This document shows, one piece after another, positions 1 through 8,643 of a stretch of 64,000 bases of DNA. The position numbers were made by a program, and so were the translations under genes. The notes beneath the pieces are model-generated. The model saw nothing but the letters and a program-made list of their open reading frames with translations, was not told the origin of the DNA and did not search any database. How positions within the stretch are numbered: the stretch's first letter is position 1; each line of letters opens with the position of its first letter. Source of the DNA: Gemmatimonadales bacterium (GTDB taxonomy: Bacteria; Gemmatimonadota; Gemmatimonadetes; Gemmatimonadales; GWC2-71-9). The DNA lies in NCBI GenBank assembly GCA_050733215.1, contig JBOHSN010000006.1:4708-68707 (forward strand), given 5' to 3'.

Positions 1-118
1 GGCCGTGCTTCATGGTCATCACGCGGCGTCCCCGGCGCACCAGCTCCGCGGAGAGCGCCACCGTGAGCGTGGTCTTGCCCGCGTTCTTGCGGCCGATCAC
101 CGAGATGATGCGTGCCAC
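1..118 (-). CDS. mobB: MobB (molybdopterin-guanine dinucleotide biosynthesis adapter), N-terminal fragment running off the left edge
   Basis: Reverse translation from GTG at 118 reads VARIISVIGRKNAGKTTLTVALSAELVRRGRRVMTMKHG. The P-loop GxxxxGKT sits at the extreme N-terminus as in MobB. It lies immediately downstream of mobA. It is truncated and therefore absent from the ORF track. Confidence 0.6.
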   Translation of the reverse strand, partial: MARIISVIGRKNAGKTTLTVALSAELVRRGRRVMTMKHG

Positions 119-711
119 AGCGCCTCGGCCCGCGCCAGCTCATCCGCGGTGTTGACGTTGAAGAAGAGTCGCGCGGGGTCGCCGAGCCGGCGCACCTCGT
201 CGAGCGGCAGCACGCCCACTCGGATGCGCGAGTGGAATCCGATGGCGCGCAGGTCGCCCGCCTCGGCGCTGGCGGCGATCGCCTCGCCGGCGGCGGGCCC
301 GTACGCGGCGCACAGCGGCTCGACGCCGCGGCGGCCGTCGCTCTCGGGAAGGAACGCGTCGTGCTCGGCGAGTCCGGCGGCGAGCGCGGCGAGCAGCTCG
401 GCGGTCACGAACGGCATGTCCCACGCGACGCACACGACCGGCGCGGGCGCCTCGAGGACGGCGGTATAGATCCCGCCGAGCGAGCCAAGCCCGGGACGGG
501 TGTCGGGCACGACGCGGAGATCCGGCCGCCACGCGTGTGCGTCAGGCGCATTGGCCACCAGAAGTGGTGTGGCGCCGAAGGCGCGGTCGCACTCGGCCAC
601 GAGCCGGTCGAGGATCCGCTCGCCGCCGACGAATTCCAGTCCCTTGGGCCGGCCGGCGAAGCGGGTCGCGCCGCCGCCGGCGAGGATCGCACTGCGGACG
701 AGCCTGCTCAT
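97..711 (-). CDS. mobA: Molybdenum cofactor guanylyltransferase MobA
   Basis: C-terminal 204 aa of ORF 97..1350 (MSRLVRSAILAGGGATRFAGRPKGL...), with the LAGGxxxRxG nucleotide-binding motif. The ATG at 711 overlaps the fdhD stop (ATGA). The upstream part of the ORF is a shadow of fdhD. Confidence 0.85.
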   Translation of the reverse strand: MSRLVRSAILAGGGATRFAGRPKGLEFVGGERILDRLVAECDRAFGATPLLVANAPDAHAWRPDLRVVPDTRPGLGSLGGIYTAVLEAPAPVVCVAWDMPFVTAELLAALAAGLAEHDAFLPESDGRRGVEPLCAAYGPAAGEAIAASAEAGDLRAIGFHSRIRVGVLPLDEVRRLGDPARLFFNVNTADELARAEALWHASSR

Positions 712-1475
712 CGGCTCATCCAATATTGGGGAGCTCCGCTGACAGCACGCCCCACGAGGGTGACCCCGCTCCGCCGCGCGATCTCGACCGCGAGCGTGCT
801 CGGCACCGACGGGGTGGCCACCCAGGCGATCCCCGCCCGCACCGCCTTGAACGCGAGCTCCGCCGAGATGCGGCCCGTGACCAGGAGGCCGAGGCCGGCC
901 ACCGGCCGCCGGGCGATCAGCGCCCCGCCGATCGACTTGTCCACCGCGTTGTGGCGACCGATGTCCTCGGCGTGCGCCAGCAGCTCCGCGCCATCGGTGA
1001 GCGCCGCCGCATGGATGCCACCGGTGTCCTTGTAGCGTGTGCCCCGGCCGAACAGCGCCTTGAACAGCGCGCGCAGTCGTTCCTGCTCCGGTGCCGGGCC
1101 CCGCGGCGGCGCGGTCTCCACCGTGGCGGGATCGGCCAGATAGGTCGCGACCGCGCCGCAGCCCGAGGCGAGTACGGGCCGGCGCCGCTCGGCGACCACC
1201 GCGTCCGCCCGCGCCGGCGGCACGTCGGCCCAGAAGCCGAGGTCCGTGGCGCAGGGCCGGAGCGTCACTTCGTCCACGTGGTCGATGTACCCCTCGCCGT
1301 GCAGCCAGCCGACGGCGAGCTCCTCCAGCAGATCGGGGGTGCACATCCACGTGACCGCGGGACGCCCGTTCACCTCGAGCCAGACCGGCGTTTCCTCGAC
1401 GGCCGCCCGGTCCGCCATGTTGCCGCCGCGCTTCGCCGCGCGGGAGAGCTCAGGCCGGTCCGGTGCAGTCGGCAT
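708..1475 (-). CDS. fdhD: Formate dehydrogenase accessory sulfurtransferase FdhD
   Basis: 255-aa ORF with the FdhD signature EDIGRHNAVDK and a C-terminal LVTGRISAE...VGRA pattern. The start could instead be the internal ATG at 1418. Confidence 0.85.
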   Translation of the reverse strand: MPTAPDRPELSRAAKRGGNMADRAAVEETPVWLEVNGRPAVTWMCTPDLLEELAVGWLHGEGYIDHVDEVTLRPCATDLGFWADVPPARADAVVAERRRPVLASGCGAVATYLADPATVETAPPRGPAPEQERLRALFKALFGRGTRYKDTGGIHAAALTDGAELLAHAEDIGRHNAVDKSIGGALIARRPVAGLGLLVTGRISAELAFKAVRAGIAWVATPSVPSTLAVEIARRSGVTLVGRAVSGAPQYWMSR

Positions 1476-1866
1476 GGAGGGTCGGATCCTCGCTCACGCG
1501 CACACGCTCGAGCCGCACGTCCGCCGGAAGGCGCTCGGCGATGCGAGCGAACAAGTGCGCTGCCATCGCTTCGCAGGTGGGAAGCGTCCGCGCGAAGGCG
1601 GCCACATCGCGATTGAGGTAGCGGCCCTGGAGGGGCGCGACCACCTCATCCTGGAGGACGGCGTCGAGCTGGGCCAGATCTACCAGCAGGTCGGGAGGCG
1701 CGTCGGGGCCGCCGCTCACGGTGACGGCGCAGCGGTAGTCGTGCCCATGCGGCGGCTCCTCGGACAGGGCGCCGAACGCGTCGCGGTTGTGCTCGGCGCT
1801 CCACTCCGGCCGGTAGAGCCGGTGCAGCGCGTAAAAGGTGACCGTTCGGGTGAGCGTGATGGGCAT
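1450..1866 (-). CDS. queD: 6-carboxy-5,6,7,8-tetrahydropterin synthase / 6-pyruvoyl-tetrahydropterin synthase family (QueD-like)
   Basis: MPITLTRTVTFYALHRLY...GHDYRCAVTVSG...PTCEAMAAHLF matches the PTPS/QueD fold pattern (HRL, GHxY, catalytic region). The ATG at 1866 is preferred over the GTG at 1887. Confidence 0.75.
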   Translation of the reverse strand: MPITLTRTVTFYALHRLYRPEWSAEHNRDAFGALSEEPPHGHDYRCAVTVSGGPDAPPDLLVDLAQLDAVLQDEVVAPLQGRYLNRDVAAFARTLPTCEAMAAHLFARIAERLPADVRLERVRVSEDPTLHADCTGPA

Positions 1867-1893
1867 CCGCGTTATCCGGACCAGCACATCAGA

Positions 1894-2989
1894 CTACTTC
1901 CAGGCAACCGCATTGTTGGCATCCGCGATACGATCCGTGGCCGTCAGCTTCGTCAGGCCGGTCCCGTCGGGATTCACAAGGAACAGTTGATCGCCCGAAG
2001 GGAAAAGTATCCGGCTGCCGTCTGGTGACCACGTCGGCATCAGATCGAGATCATCCGGGCGCGTCAGCAGTCGCGTCTGTGCGCTGGCGTCGGCATTCAT
2101 TACGAAGATCTCCCATTCCTGATACCGCCAGGACGCAACGACGATCCGCGCGCCGTCGGGCGCCCAGGAGGGATACCCGTCGGCTTCGACCGCGATCGTT
2201 CCGGCCGGACCCATAGATCAGGCCGTTACCATCCGGTGCCCACGACGGCCTGTCCCCGGAAATCGAGGGGGTCAGGGCAGCCGCGCCGGTGCCATCGGGG
2301 TTCACGAGGCTGATCGCACCACCAGAAGAGATATAGGCAATGCGGCGCCCGTCTGGAGACCATTGTGCACGATAGTCGTTTAGACCGGTGGTCAACGTGC
2401 TCGTCGTTCCGCTGCCCGGATCCAGGATGCGAATGCCGGTGAAGTTCGAGGAGTTGTGAACGAGATGCCCGCCATCGGGAGACCACGAGACATCCGAATC
2501 ACATCTGACGAAGGCGGGCAGCTCGAGGCGGGCTGTTCCGTCCGCGCGCATGACGATGATGCGACATCCGAACTGCTGCTGAGCCACAAAGGCGATGCGA
2601 TGACAGGCCGGTGACAGGTCCGCCGTCGTGGTCGCTTCCGCGGAGAGAGAGACGTTGAGCGCCGGCAGCACGAAGCAGCTCGCCCCGGTGCCGGCGACGG
2701 TCACTGTCACCGACCCCGCCGGCAATCCCTCTATTCGATAGTTACCCTGCGCGTCGGTGGTTGCGGTTCGCGTGGTGTCGCCGCGCGTCGCCGTCACCAC
2801 CGCGTTCGCGAGCGGGCCGAACCCCGGCGACGAAGAGCTCACCCGGCCCGTCAGGATCGCCGTCCCGCCGGGACCGCCGGTGTCGCCGCACCCGCCCAGG
2901 CGCAGGAGCCATAAGAGGCTGGATTGCCCGGCCACACGGACAATCCACGCGGGAAAAGCGAGGAGCGTACCGGAGCGTTCGGAGATCAT
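1894..2989 (-). pseudogene. Lipoprotein with a carboxypeptidase-regulatory-like domain plus TolB-type PD40 beta-propeller repeats, split by a 1-nt frameshift near 2205-2216
   Basis: ORF 2051..2989 carries a lipobox (LGGC), a CarboxypepD_reg-like stretch (TDAQGNYRIEGLPAGSVTVTV) and repeated WSPDG/WAPDG motifs, then degenerates after ...APDGNGLIYGS. ORF 1894..2214, in another frame, continues with GYPSWAPDGARIV...WSPDGSRILF...NPDGTG. Confidence 0.6.
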
Positions 2990-3058
2990 GAACGGAAGCT
3001 ACCCCGGAACGCTCACCGGATAGACGGGCCGGACTCACGGACGACCGATGACGCTTGA

Positions 3059-3721
3059 CTACAGCGTGTAGCCGATCCCGAACAGAACCCACGGCGACAA
3101 GTCCCATTCCGAGTCCTGCCCCGTGATGATGACTGGATCGGGCGGCTCGAGGAAGCTAGGCGGATAGGTGAGCTTCCAGAAGTTGGCGCGAAACTCGGCA
3201 CGGAGGTGCACCCGGTCGCCCAAGAACACGCGGGTGCCAGCCGTCGGGGCGAAGAAGAACTTCGTGCCGAAGTCGTACCCGCTGGTGTCGGCGGGCACCT
3301 TGCTCCCGAAGCCGAAGCCACCGGCCAGCCCGACGAACGGCGCGAACCCGTTCCAGGTCTTGCCGCCGGTCAGATTGAGTGTGACTAGGGCCTCCGCGAA
3401 CACGACCGACTGGTCCACCGGTCCCGTCACCTCATCGACGAACGGGTCCACGATGAGCCGTTCGAGCTGGCCATACGAGACGCCGAGTCCGAGCGCAAGC
3501 GCCCGGCCGGAACGGAAGTCGAAGCGGCCGCCGAAGGTCCAGCCGCCGTGGGGGCCCACGCCGACGTCGCCGCCGTTGCCGAGGAAACGGCCGCCGTGGA
3601 TCGTGATGCTGCTGCCCTGCTTGATGTCGCGGTAGGGGCTCTTCCGGGGGGCGTGCCCCACCTGCGCCGCGGCGATCGTGGGGGCGAGTGCGAGTGCGAG
3701 TGCGAGGCGGATCGGGCGCAT
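3059..3721 (-). CDS. Secreted outer-membrane beta-barrel-like hypothetical protein
   Basis: Starts at MRPIRLALALALAPTIAAAQ (signal peptide, AxA site), has an alternating beta-strand pattern and ends in an aromatic residue pattern (GIGYTL). The ATG at 3721 sits 3 nt after the gpmI stop. Confidence 0.6.
   Translation of the reverse strand: MRPIRLALALALAPTIAAAQVGHAPRKSPYRDIKQGSSITIHGGRFLGNGGDVGVGPHGGWTFGGRFDFRSGRALALGLGVSYGQLERLIVDPFVDEVTGPVDQSVVFAEALVTLNLTGGKTWNGFAPFVGLAGGFGFGSKVPADTSGYDFGTKFFFAPTAGTRVFLGDRVHLRAEFRANFWKLTYPPSFLEPPDPVIITGQDSEWDLSPWVLFGIGYTL
3684..3707. repeat. Hexamer tandem repeat GCGAGT x3.9, encoding (Leu-Ala)n of a signal peptide
   Basis: The plus strand reads gcgagtgcgagtgcgagtgcgagg and the minus strand encodes RLALALALAP. 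It is the reverse complement of the hexamer array at 19041..19064. Confidence 0.8.
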
Positions 3722-3723
3722 GG

Positions 3724-5277
3724 TCACGTGAGGCGGAGGTCGCGGCCAGTCATCTCGGCGGGCTGGTCCACGCCGAGGAGCCCCAGCACGGTGGGGGCGA
3801 TGTCGCAGAGCGCGCCGCCCTGCCGGAGACCGGCACAATCGGCCCGCACGGTCACGAGCGGGACGGGATTGGTGGTGTGGGCGGTGTGCACGCCGCCGGT
3901 CGTGGGATCGATCATCGTCTCGCAGTTGCCATGGTCGGCGGTGATGAGGACGCTCGCGCCGGCTTTCTCCGCACTCGCGAGCAGTCGCTGGAGAGAGTGG
4001 TCCACGGTCTCGACGGCCCGGATGACCGCGTCCATGACGCCGGTGTGGCCGACCATGTCCGCGTTGGCGTAGTTGCAGAGCACGAAGTCGTGCCGGCGCG
4101 CCTCCACGGTGCGGCAGAGCGTGTCGGTGACGCCCGCCGCGCTCATCTCCGGCGCCAGATCGTAGGTCGCCACCTTCTGCGACGGGATCAGGCAGCGCTC
4201 CTCGCCGCGGTATGGTGGCTCGTAGCCGCCGTTGAAGAAGTACGTCACGTGCGGGTACTTCTCGGTTTCCGCGGTACGGAACTGCGTCAGCCCGCGTTCG
4301 GCGAGCGTCTCGGCGAGGATCCGCGCGAGGGTGAATGGAGGAAACGCGGGTGGAATCGGAAACGTCTGGTCGTACTGCGTCATGGTCACCGCCCGCACGG
4401 CGGGCCGGTCCGCGATGTCGAACCCCTCGAACTCGTCCAGCGCCAGCGCGGCGACGATCTGGCGCATCCGGTCACTGCGGTAGTTGAAGAAGATGATGCC
4501 GTCGCCTTCGCGGAACTCTGCCACCGGCCGCCCGTCGCGGTAGTGGATGAGCGGCTTCACGAATTCATCGGTCTCGCCGCGCTGGTAGGCCGCCTGCACC
4601 GCGAGCACCGGATGCGTGATCGCCGCGCCGACCCCGTGCACGATGGCGTCGTAGGCCACCTTGGTCCGTTCCCACCGGCGGTCGCGATCCATCGCGAAAT
4701 AGCGCCCGCAGAGCGTGGCCACGTCCACCCGGCTGCCCCCGACGCGCCGCATGTCGAGCAGCAGCGTGCGCACGACCTCCGCGCCGAGCGTGGGTGATGC
4801 GTCCCGGCCGTCGAGGAAGCCGTGGATGGCGATGTGGGGGACCTTCTGCCGGACACCGAGCTCGATGCAGGCGAGCAGATGCCGGTCGAGGGCGTGCACG
4901 CCACCGGGGCCGAGGAGGCCGACCAGGTGCAGCGTACCGCCGGTCTGCCGCAGGTACGCGCCGAGCTCCACCAGCGGCTCGAGCCGGTAAAACGCGCCGG
5001 ACTGGATGCTCTGCGAGATGCGCACGAGATCCTGCGGCACCACCCGCCCGGCGCCGAGGTTCAGATGGCCGACCTCGCTGTTGCCCATCTGGCCTTCGGG
5101 GAGGCCCACGACGAGGCCGCTGGCCTGGAGCAGCGTGCGGGGCGCGGAGCCCCACAGCCCGTGCCACACCGGGGTGCGGGCGAGCTCGATCGCGTTGCCC
5201 TCTCGCTCCGGGCGGTACCCCCAACCGTCAAGCACGACCAGCACCACCTGACGGTCGCGAGTACTCCCTTTCGACAT
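3724..5277 (-). CDS. gpmI: 2,3-bisphosphoglycerate-independent phosphoglycerate mutase
   Basis: 517-aa ORF with VVLVVLDGWG..., SEVGHLNLGAGR and ITADHGN motifs, colinear with iPGM over its full length. Confidence 0.95.
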   Translation of the reverse strand: MSKGSTRDRQVVLVVLDGWGYRPEREGNAIELARTPVWHGLWGSAPRTLLQASGLVVGLPEGQMGNSEVGHLNLGAGRVVPQDLVRISQSIQSGAFYRLEPLVELGAYLRQTGGTLHLVGLLGPGGVHALDRHLLACIELGVRQKVPHIAIHGFLDGRDASPTLGAEVVRTLLLDMRRVGGSRVDVATLCGRYFAMDRDRRWERTKVAYDAIVHGVGAAITHPVLAVQAAYQRGETDEFVKPLIHYRDGRPVAEFREGDGIIFFNYRSDRMRQIVAALALDEFEGFDIADRPAVRAVTMTQYDQTFPIPPAFPPFTLARILAETLAERGLTQFRTAETEKYPHVTYFFNGGYEPPYRGEERCLIPSQKVATYDLAPEMSAAGVTDTLCRTVEARRHDFVLCNYANADMVGHTGVMDAVIRAVETVDHSLQRLLASAEKAGASVLITADHGNCETMIDPTTGGVHTAHTTNPVPLVTVRADCAGLRQGGALCDIAPTVLGLLGVDQPAEMTGRDLRLT

Positions 5278-5313
5278 GGCTCTCCGCGTGGCCCGCTATT
5301 AGAATCCGCGACG

Positions 5314-6444
5314 GTGACTCAAGCGCCCCAATCTAGTCCTGCCCTCCGCCGGCTACCAGCCTGTGCGCTCGTGTGTTCGCTCGCGCTCGCGACACCGTTC
5401 GCGCGCGTGCTCGAGGCGCAGGACGACGCCCGCGCGACCCGTGACGCGCCGTTCGCGCGCGCCGCCGCCGGCACCGTGCTCGGCACGATGCGGAGCGGCG
5501 CGGAGGTGTCGGCCGGCCGCACGCGCGCCGGCTGGACCGAGGTGACGCTCGAGGGCTGGATCTACGAGCCGTCCGTGGGACGCGACCGGCGCGAGGGGTT
5601 CCAGATCGGCGTAGCGGCGCGGGGAGGGGAGAACCTGCGCGCGGAGCCGAACGGCCGTGTGCTCGCGCGGCTCCGCTATGGCGCGCTGCTCGAGCGCACC
5701 GGCGCCCGCGGCAACTGGGTGCGGGTGCGCCGCAAGGGTTGGGTTCCACGATCGGCCGTGGAGCGGGCGGTGGAGACGGCGGTGGCGCCTGCGGCGCGGC
5801 GGGAGAGGGCGGCAGAGGGCGGGAGAGGACCGGAAAGTGCGGCTGCTGCGACGGCCAGGCGCGACTCCACTCCGCCGGACACGTCCCGCCCTCTCCCGCC
5901 GTCTCCCGCCCCCTCCCGCCCTCCGGAGGAGTCCCGCATTCAGGTCACCCGATCGACCGCGCTCCACGCCGCTCCCGATGCCGCCGGGCTCGGCACCCTC
6001 CAGCCGGGGGTCGATGGCCGCGTGCTGGCGCGCGCGGGCGAGTGGGTGCGCGTGCAGCTCGAGGGCTGGGTGCGCGCAGCGGACGTCGGCCCGCCCGCCG
6101 ACGGCGCGATGGTGGGTGTCTCGGCGGCGGAGCTCCGGGCCGAGCCCGCGCGGTACGTCGGCCAGCTGGTCGAGTGGCGGCTCCAGTTCATTGCCGTTCA
6201 GGAGGCGGACGAGCTCCGGAGCGAACTCCCCGCCGGACAGCCCTTTCTGCTCACGCGGGGGCCACTGCCGGAGCCGGGCTTCGTCTATGTGATCCTGCCC
6301 CGCAACCAGGCGGAGCAGTTCCGCGCTCTTTCGGGGCTCCAGGAGCTGGTGGTCCACGTCAGGATCAGGGCGCCGCGCACGAAGTACCTGACCACCCCAG
6401 TGGTCGAGCTGAGCTCGGTGGTGAGTGGCCTGCCGGGGAAGTAG
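5314..6444 (+). CDS. Secreted hypothetical protein with two SH3-like (SH3_3) modules separated by a repeat-encoded linker
   Basis: An in-frame GTG at 5314 gives a signal-like N-terminus (LPACALVCSLALATPFARVLEAQ). GWTEVTLEGWI and GEWVRVQLEGWV are SH3b-like. The part of ORF 4822..6444 upstream of 5314 is antisense to gpmI. Confidence 0.6.
   Translation: MTQAPQSSPALRRLPACALVCSLALATPFARVLEAQDDARATRDAPFARAAAGTVLGTMRSGAEVSAGRTRAGWTEVTLEGWIYEPSVGRDRREGFQIGVAARGGENLRAEPNGRVLARLRYGALLERTGARGNWVRVRRKGWVPRSAVERAVETAVAPAARRERAAEGGRGPESAAAATARRDSTPPDTSRPLPPSPAPSRPPEESRIQVTRSTALHAAPDAAGLGTLQPGVDGRVLARAGEWVRVQLEGWVRAADVGPPADGAMVGVSAAELRAEPARYVGQLVEWRLQFIAVQEADELRSELPAGQPFLLTRGPLPEPGFVYVILPRNQAEQFRALSGLQELVVHVRIRAPRTKYLTTPVVELSSVVSGLPGK
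5799..5926. repeat. Inverted pair of decamer arrays (GCGGGAGAGG x3 / CCTCTCCCGC-like x3, 52-nt spacer) lying in frame inside a CDS
   Basis: 5799-5828 reads gcgggagagg gcggcagagg gcgggagagg. 5890-5919 reads cctctcccgc cgtctcccgc cccctcccgc. The same family occurs at 45621 and 53668. Confidence 0.85.
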
Positions 6445-6604
6445 GCTATCCGCTATCCGCTAACCGCTATCCGCTAACCGCTAACCGCTATCCGCTATCC
6501 GCTATCCGCTAACCGCTATCCGCTGTACCTTCCAACGAGTTACTGCGCGCGATGCCATCAACGCCCTGCGGATAGCGGATAGCCGATAGCGGATAGCGGA
6601 TAGC
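6445..6604. repeat. Inverted heptamer arrays: GCTAWCC x11 (6445-6521) and GGATAGC x5 (6570-6604), 43-48 nt spacer
   Basis: Direct reading. The arrays start 1 nt after the TAG stop at 6442-6444 and end 6 nt before the ATG at 6611. Confidence 0.95.
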
Positions 6605-6610
6605 CCCCAA

Positions 6611-6955
6611 ATGAACGACCTCCTCAGGCAACGCATTCTTCGCGCCCTGGACCGGCTCGATGACGAGCGGGCCTATCAGGCGTTGGACTACGTCGAGTTT
6701 CTCTCGAGCAGGTACGCGGCTCGCGCGCGGCCCTCCGGTCTGCTCGCGCAGCTCACCGAGGCCGTCGAAGATACGATGCGCGCAGGCAAGCTTCCGATCC
6801 AGGCGATCAGCGGCACCATGGGCGTGGTGGACAGCGCCGCCAAGGTCATGCGCGGCCTCGCCGCGGCGGGCCAGGCGGTGGTGGAGGAAGCGGTGAAGGC
6901 TGCGGCGCCGCCGCCACCGCCGCCACGCGCGCCGAGGGCCGATACGGCGAGCTGA
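6611..6955 (+). CDS. Hypothetical small protein (helical, with a Pro-rich tail)
   Basis: 114-aa ORF MNDLLRQRILRALDRLDDERAYQALDYVEFL... with a plausible amphipathic composition. I recognise no family and there is no obvious SD sequence. Confidence 0.45.
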   Translation: MNDLLRQRILRALDRLDDERAYQALDYVEFLSSRYAARARPSGLLAQLTEAVEDTMRAGKLPIQAISGTMGVVDSAAKVMRGLAAAGQAVVEEAVKAAAPPPPPPRAPRADTAS

Positions 6956-6966
6956 TCTCGTAGGGT

Positions 6967-6987
6967 CACTCGACACTCGACACTCAT
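6967..6987. repeat. Heptamer tandem repeat CACTCGA x3 (single arm)
   Basis: cactcga cactcga cactcat, in the 47-nt gap before the permease gene. Confidence 0.8.
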
Positions 6988-7002
6988 CAAGCGAGACTGA
7001 CT

Positions 7003-8487
7003 ATGGCCGCGCCCGCCCGGTCGGTGCCTCCGACTGCCCCCACCGCCTCCGATGAGTCGCAGTTCGTCCGCGGCATCGGACCACTGGCCGCCATCTCGCT
7101 GGTGGTCGGCTCGATGATCGGCTCCGGCATCTTCATCGTCGCCGCCGACATCAGCCGCCAGGTGGATGCGCTCGGCCCGGCGGGGCTCCTGCTCGTGTGG
7201 GCCGCCACCGCGGTCATCACGCTCGTGGGCGCGCTCACCTACGCCGAGCTCGCGGCGATGATGCCCAACGTGGGCGGGCAGTACGTGTTCCTGCGCGAGG
7301 GCCTGTCGCCCTCCATGGGCTTCCTCTACGGCTGGACGCTCTTCACCGTCATCCAGAGCGGGACCATCGCCGCGGTGGCCGTGGCCTTCGGCCGTTTCCT
7401 CGGGGTGGTGGTTCCCTCGATCACACCCGACGTCTTCCTCGACCTCGGCTCGTTCGCGATGCCGGGCGGCCGAATCCAGCTCGGCCTGTCCCCCCAGCGC
7501 GTTGTTGCGGTGGTGATGGTGGCGGTGCTCACCGCGGTGAACATCCGCGGCGTCCGGCTCGGCGCCGCCATCCAGACCAGCTTCACCGTCGCCAAGGTGG
7601 GCGCGCTGGCGGCCCTCGTCCTGCTCGGCCTCACCGTGTTCCGCCGGCCCGAGATCGCCGCTGCCAACTTCGGCGCGTTCTGGGGCACGGGGGACTGGGG
7701 GCTGGCCGTGCTGCCGGTGATCGGCGCCGCGATGGTGGGGTCGCTCTTTTCGAGCGATGCCTGGAACAACGTCACCTTCGCGGCGGCCGAGGTGCGCGAT
7801 CCGAAGCGGAACCTTCCGCTCGCGTTGGCCGTCGGGACCGGGTTTGTCGGCCTGGTCTACGTGATCACGAACGTCGCCTACCTCCACGTGCTGCCGTTTC
7901 AGGGCGTAGAGGGCGGCGCGGACGTGATCGCGCGCGGCATCCAGCACGCCACGCAGGACCGGGTCGGCACCGCGGCGATGGAGTCCATGGTCGGCCCGGT
8001 GGGTGCGACGCTGATGGCGATCGCGATCCTCGTGTCCACCTTCGGCTGCAACAACGGCCTGATCCTCGCCGGCGCGCGGGTCTATTACGCCATGGCGCGC
8101 GACGCGCTGTTCTTCCGGCGGGCCGGCACGCTGCACCCGGAGTTCCGCACGCCCGTTTTCGCGCTGGTCACCCAGGCAGTCTGGACGATGGTGCTCTGTG
8201 TGAGCGGCACCTACGGCGAGCTGCTCAACTACGTGGTGTTCGCGGCCCTCCTTTTCTATGCGCTCACCGCGGTCGCGCTGTTCCGCCTCCGCCGCACCCG
8301 GCCCGACGCGCCCCGGCCGGTGAAGGCGTTCGGCTACCCCGTGCTCCCGGCGCTCTACATCGTCGCGACCGCGTCCATCCTCGTGGTGCTGCTGGTGGAC
8401 CCGCAGCAGCGGCTCTACTCCGGACTCGGGCTGCTGCTGGTGCTGCTTGGTGTGCCGGTTTACTGGCTCTGGCGCAAGACGGCCTGA
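7003..8487 (+). CDS. APC-superfamily amino acid permease (LAT/APA-like)
   Basis: 494 aa with about 12 hydrophobic segments. N-terminal motif ISLVVGSMIGSGIF and AELAAMMPNVGGQYVF, typical of APC transporters. Confidence 0.9.
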   Translation: MAAPARSVPPTAPTASDESQFVRGIGPLAAISLVVGSMIGSGIFIVAADISRQVDALGPAGLLLVWAATAVITLVGALTYAELAAMMPNVGGQYVFLREGLSPSMGFLYGWTLFTVIQSGTIAAVAVAFGRFLGVVVPSITPDVFLDLGSFAMPGGRIQLGLSPQRVVAVVMVAVLTAVNIRGVRLGAAIQTSFTVAKVGALAALVLLGLTVFRRPEIAAANFGAFWGTGDWGLAVLPVIGAAMVGSLFSSDAWNNVTFAAAEVRDPKRNLPLALAVGTGFVGLVYVITNVAYLHVLPFQGVEGGADVIARGIQHATQDRVGTAAMESMVGPVGATLMAIAILVSTFGCNNGLILAGARVYYAMARDALFFRRAGTLHPEFRTPVFALVTQAVWTMVLCVSGTYGELLNYVVFAALLFYALTAVALFRLRRTRPDAPRPVKAFGYPVLPALYIVATASILVVLLVDPQQRLYSGLGLLLVLLGVPVYWLWRKTA

Positions 8488-8503
8488 CAACTGCAGCCGC
8501 GAA

Positions 8504-8570
8504 GGAACGCCAATGCACGCGAATGAGAGTCCATTCGCGCTCATTCGCGCAAATTCGCGGCTTCGGTTCC
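8504..8570. repeat. Hairpin of decamer repeats (CGCGAATGAG-type left arm; NNCATTCGCG x3 right arm)
   Basis: ggaacgccaatgcacgcgaatgagag / tccattcgcg ctcattcgcg caaattcgcg gcttcggttcc. The outer GGAAC...GTTCC ends also pair. Confidence 0.75.
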
Positions 8571-8643
8571 TGACAAGAAACCTGCCGAGCGCCGGCCCGT
8601 AGTGAGCCCGGCCCGATAGCTCCCACTCGAACCCCGGATACGC

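Noticed and set aside
712-1350. Upstream 213 codons of ORF 97..1350, and likewise 33167..33922 of ORF 32582..33922 and 4822..5313 of ORF 4822..6444
   Set aside because: These parts overlap well-supported genes in another frame or strand (fdhD; STAS and the intergenic promoter; gpmI) and show junk composition. Only the C-terminal portions carry family motifs.
6445-6604. The tandem arrays considered as a CRISPR array
   Set aside because: The units are only 7 nt, they are contiguous with no unique spacers, and no cas genes are nearby.
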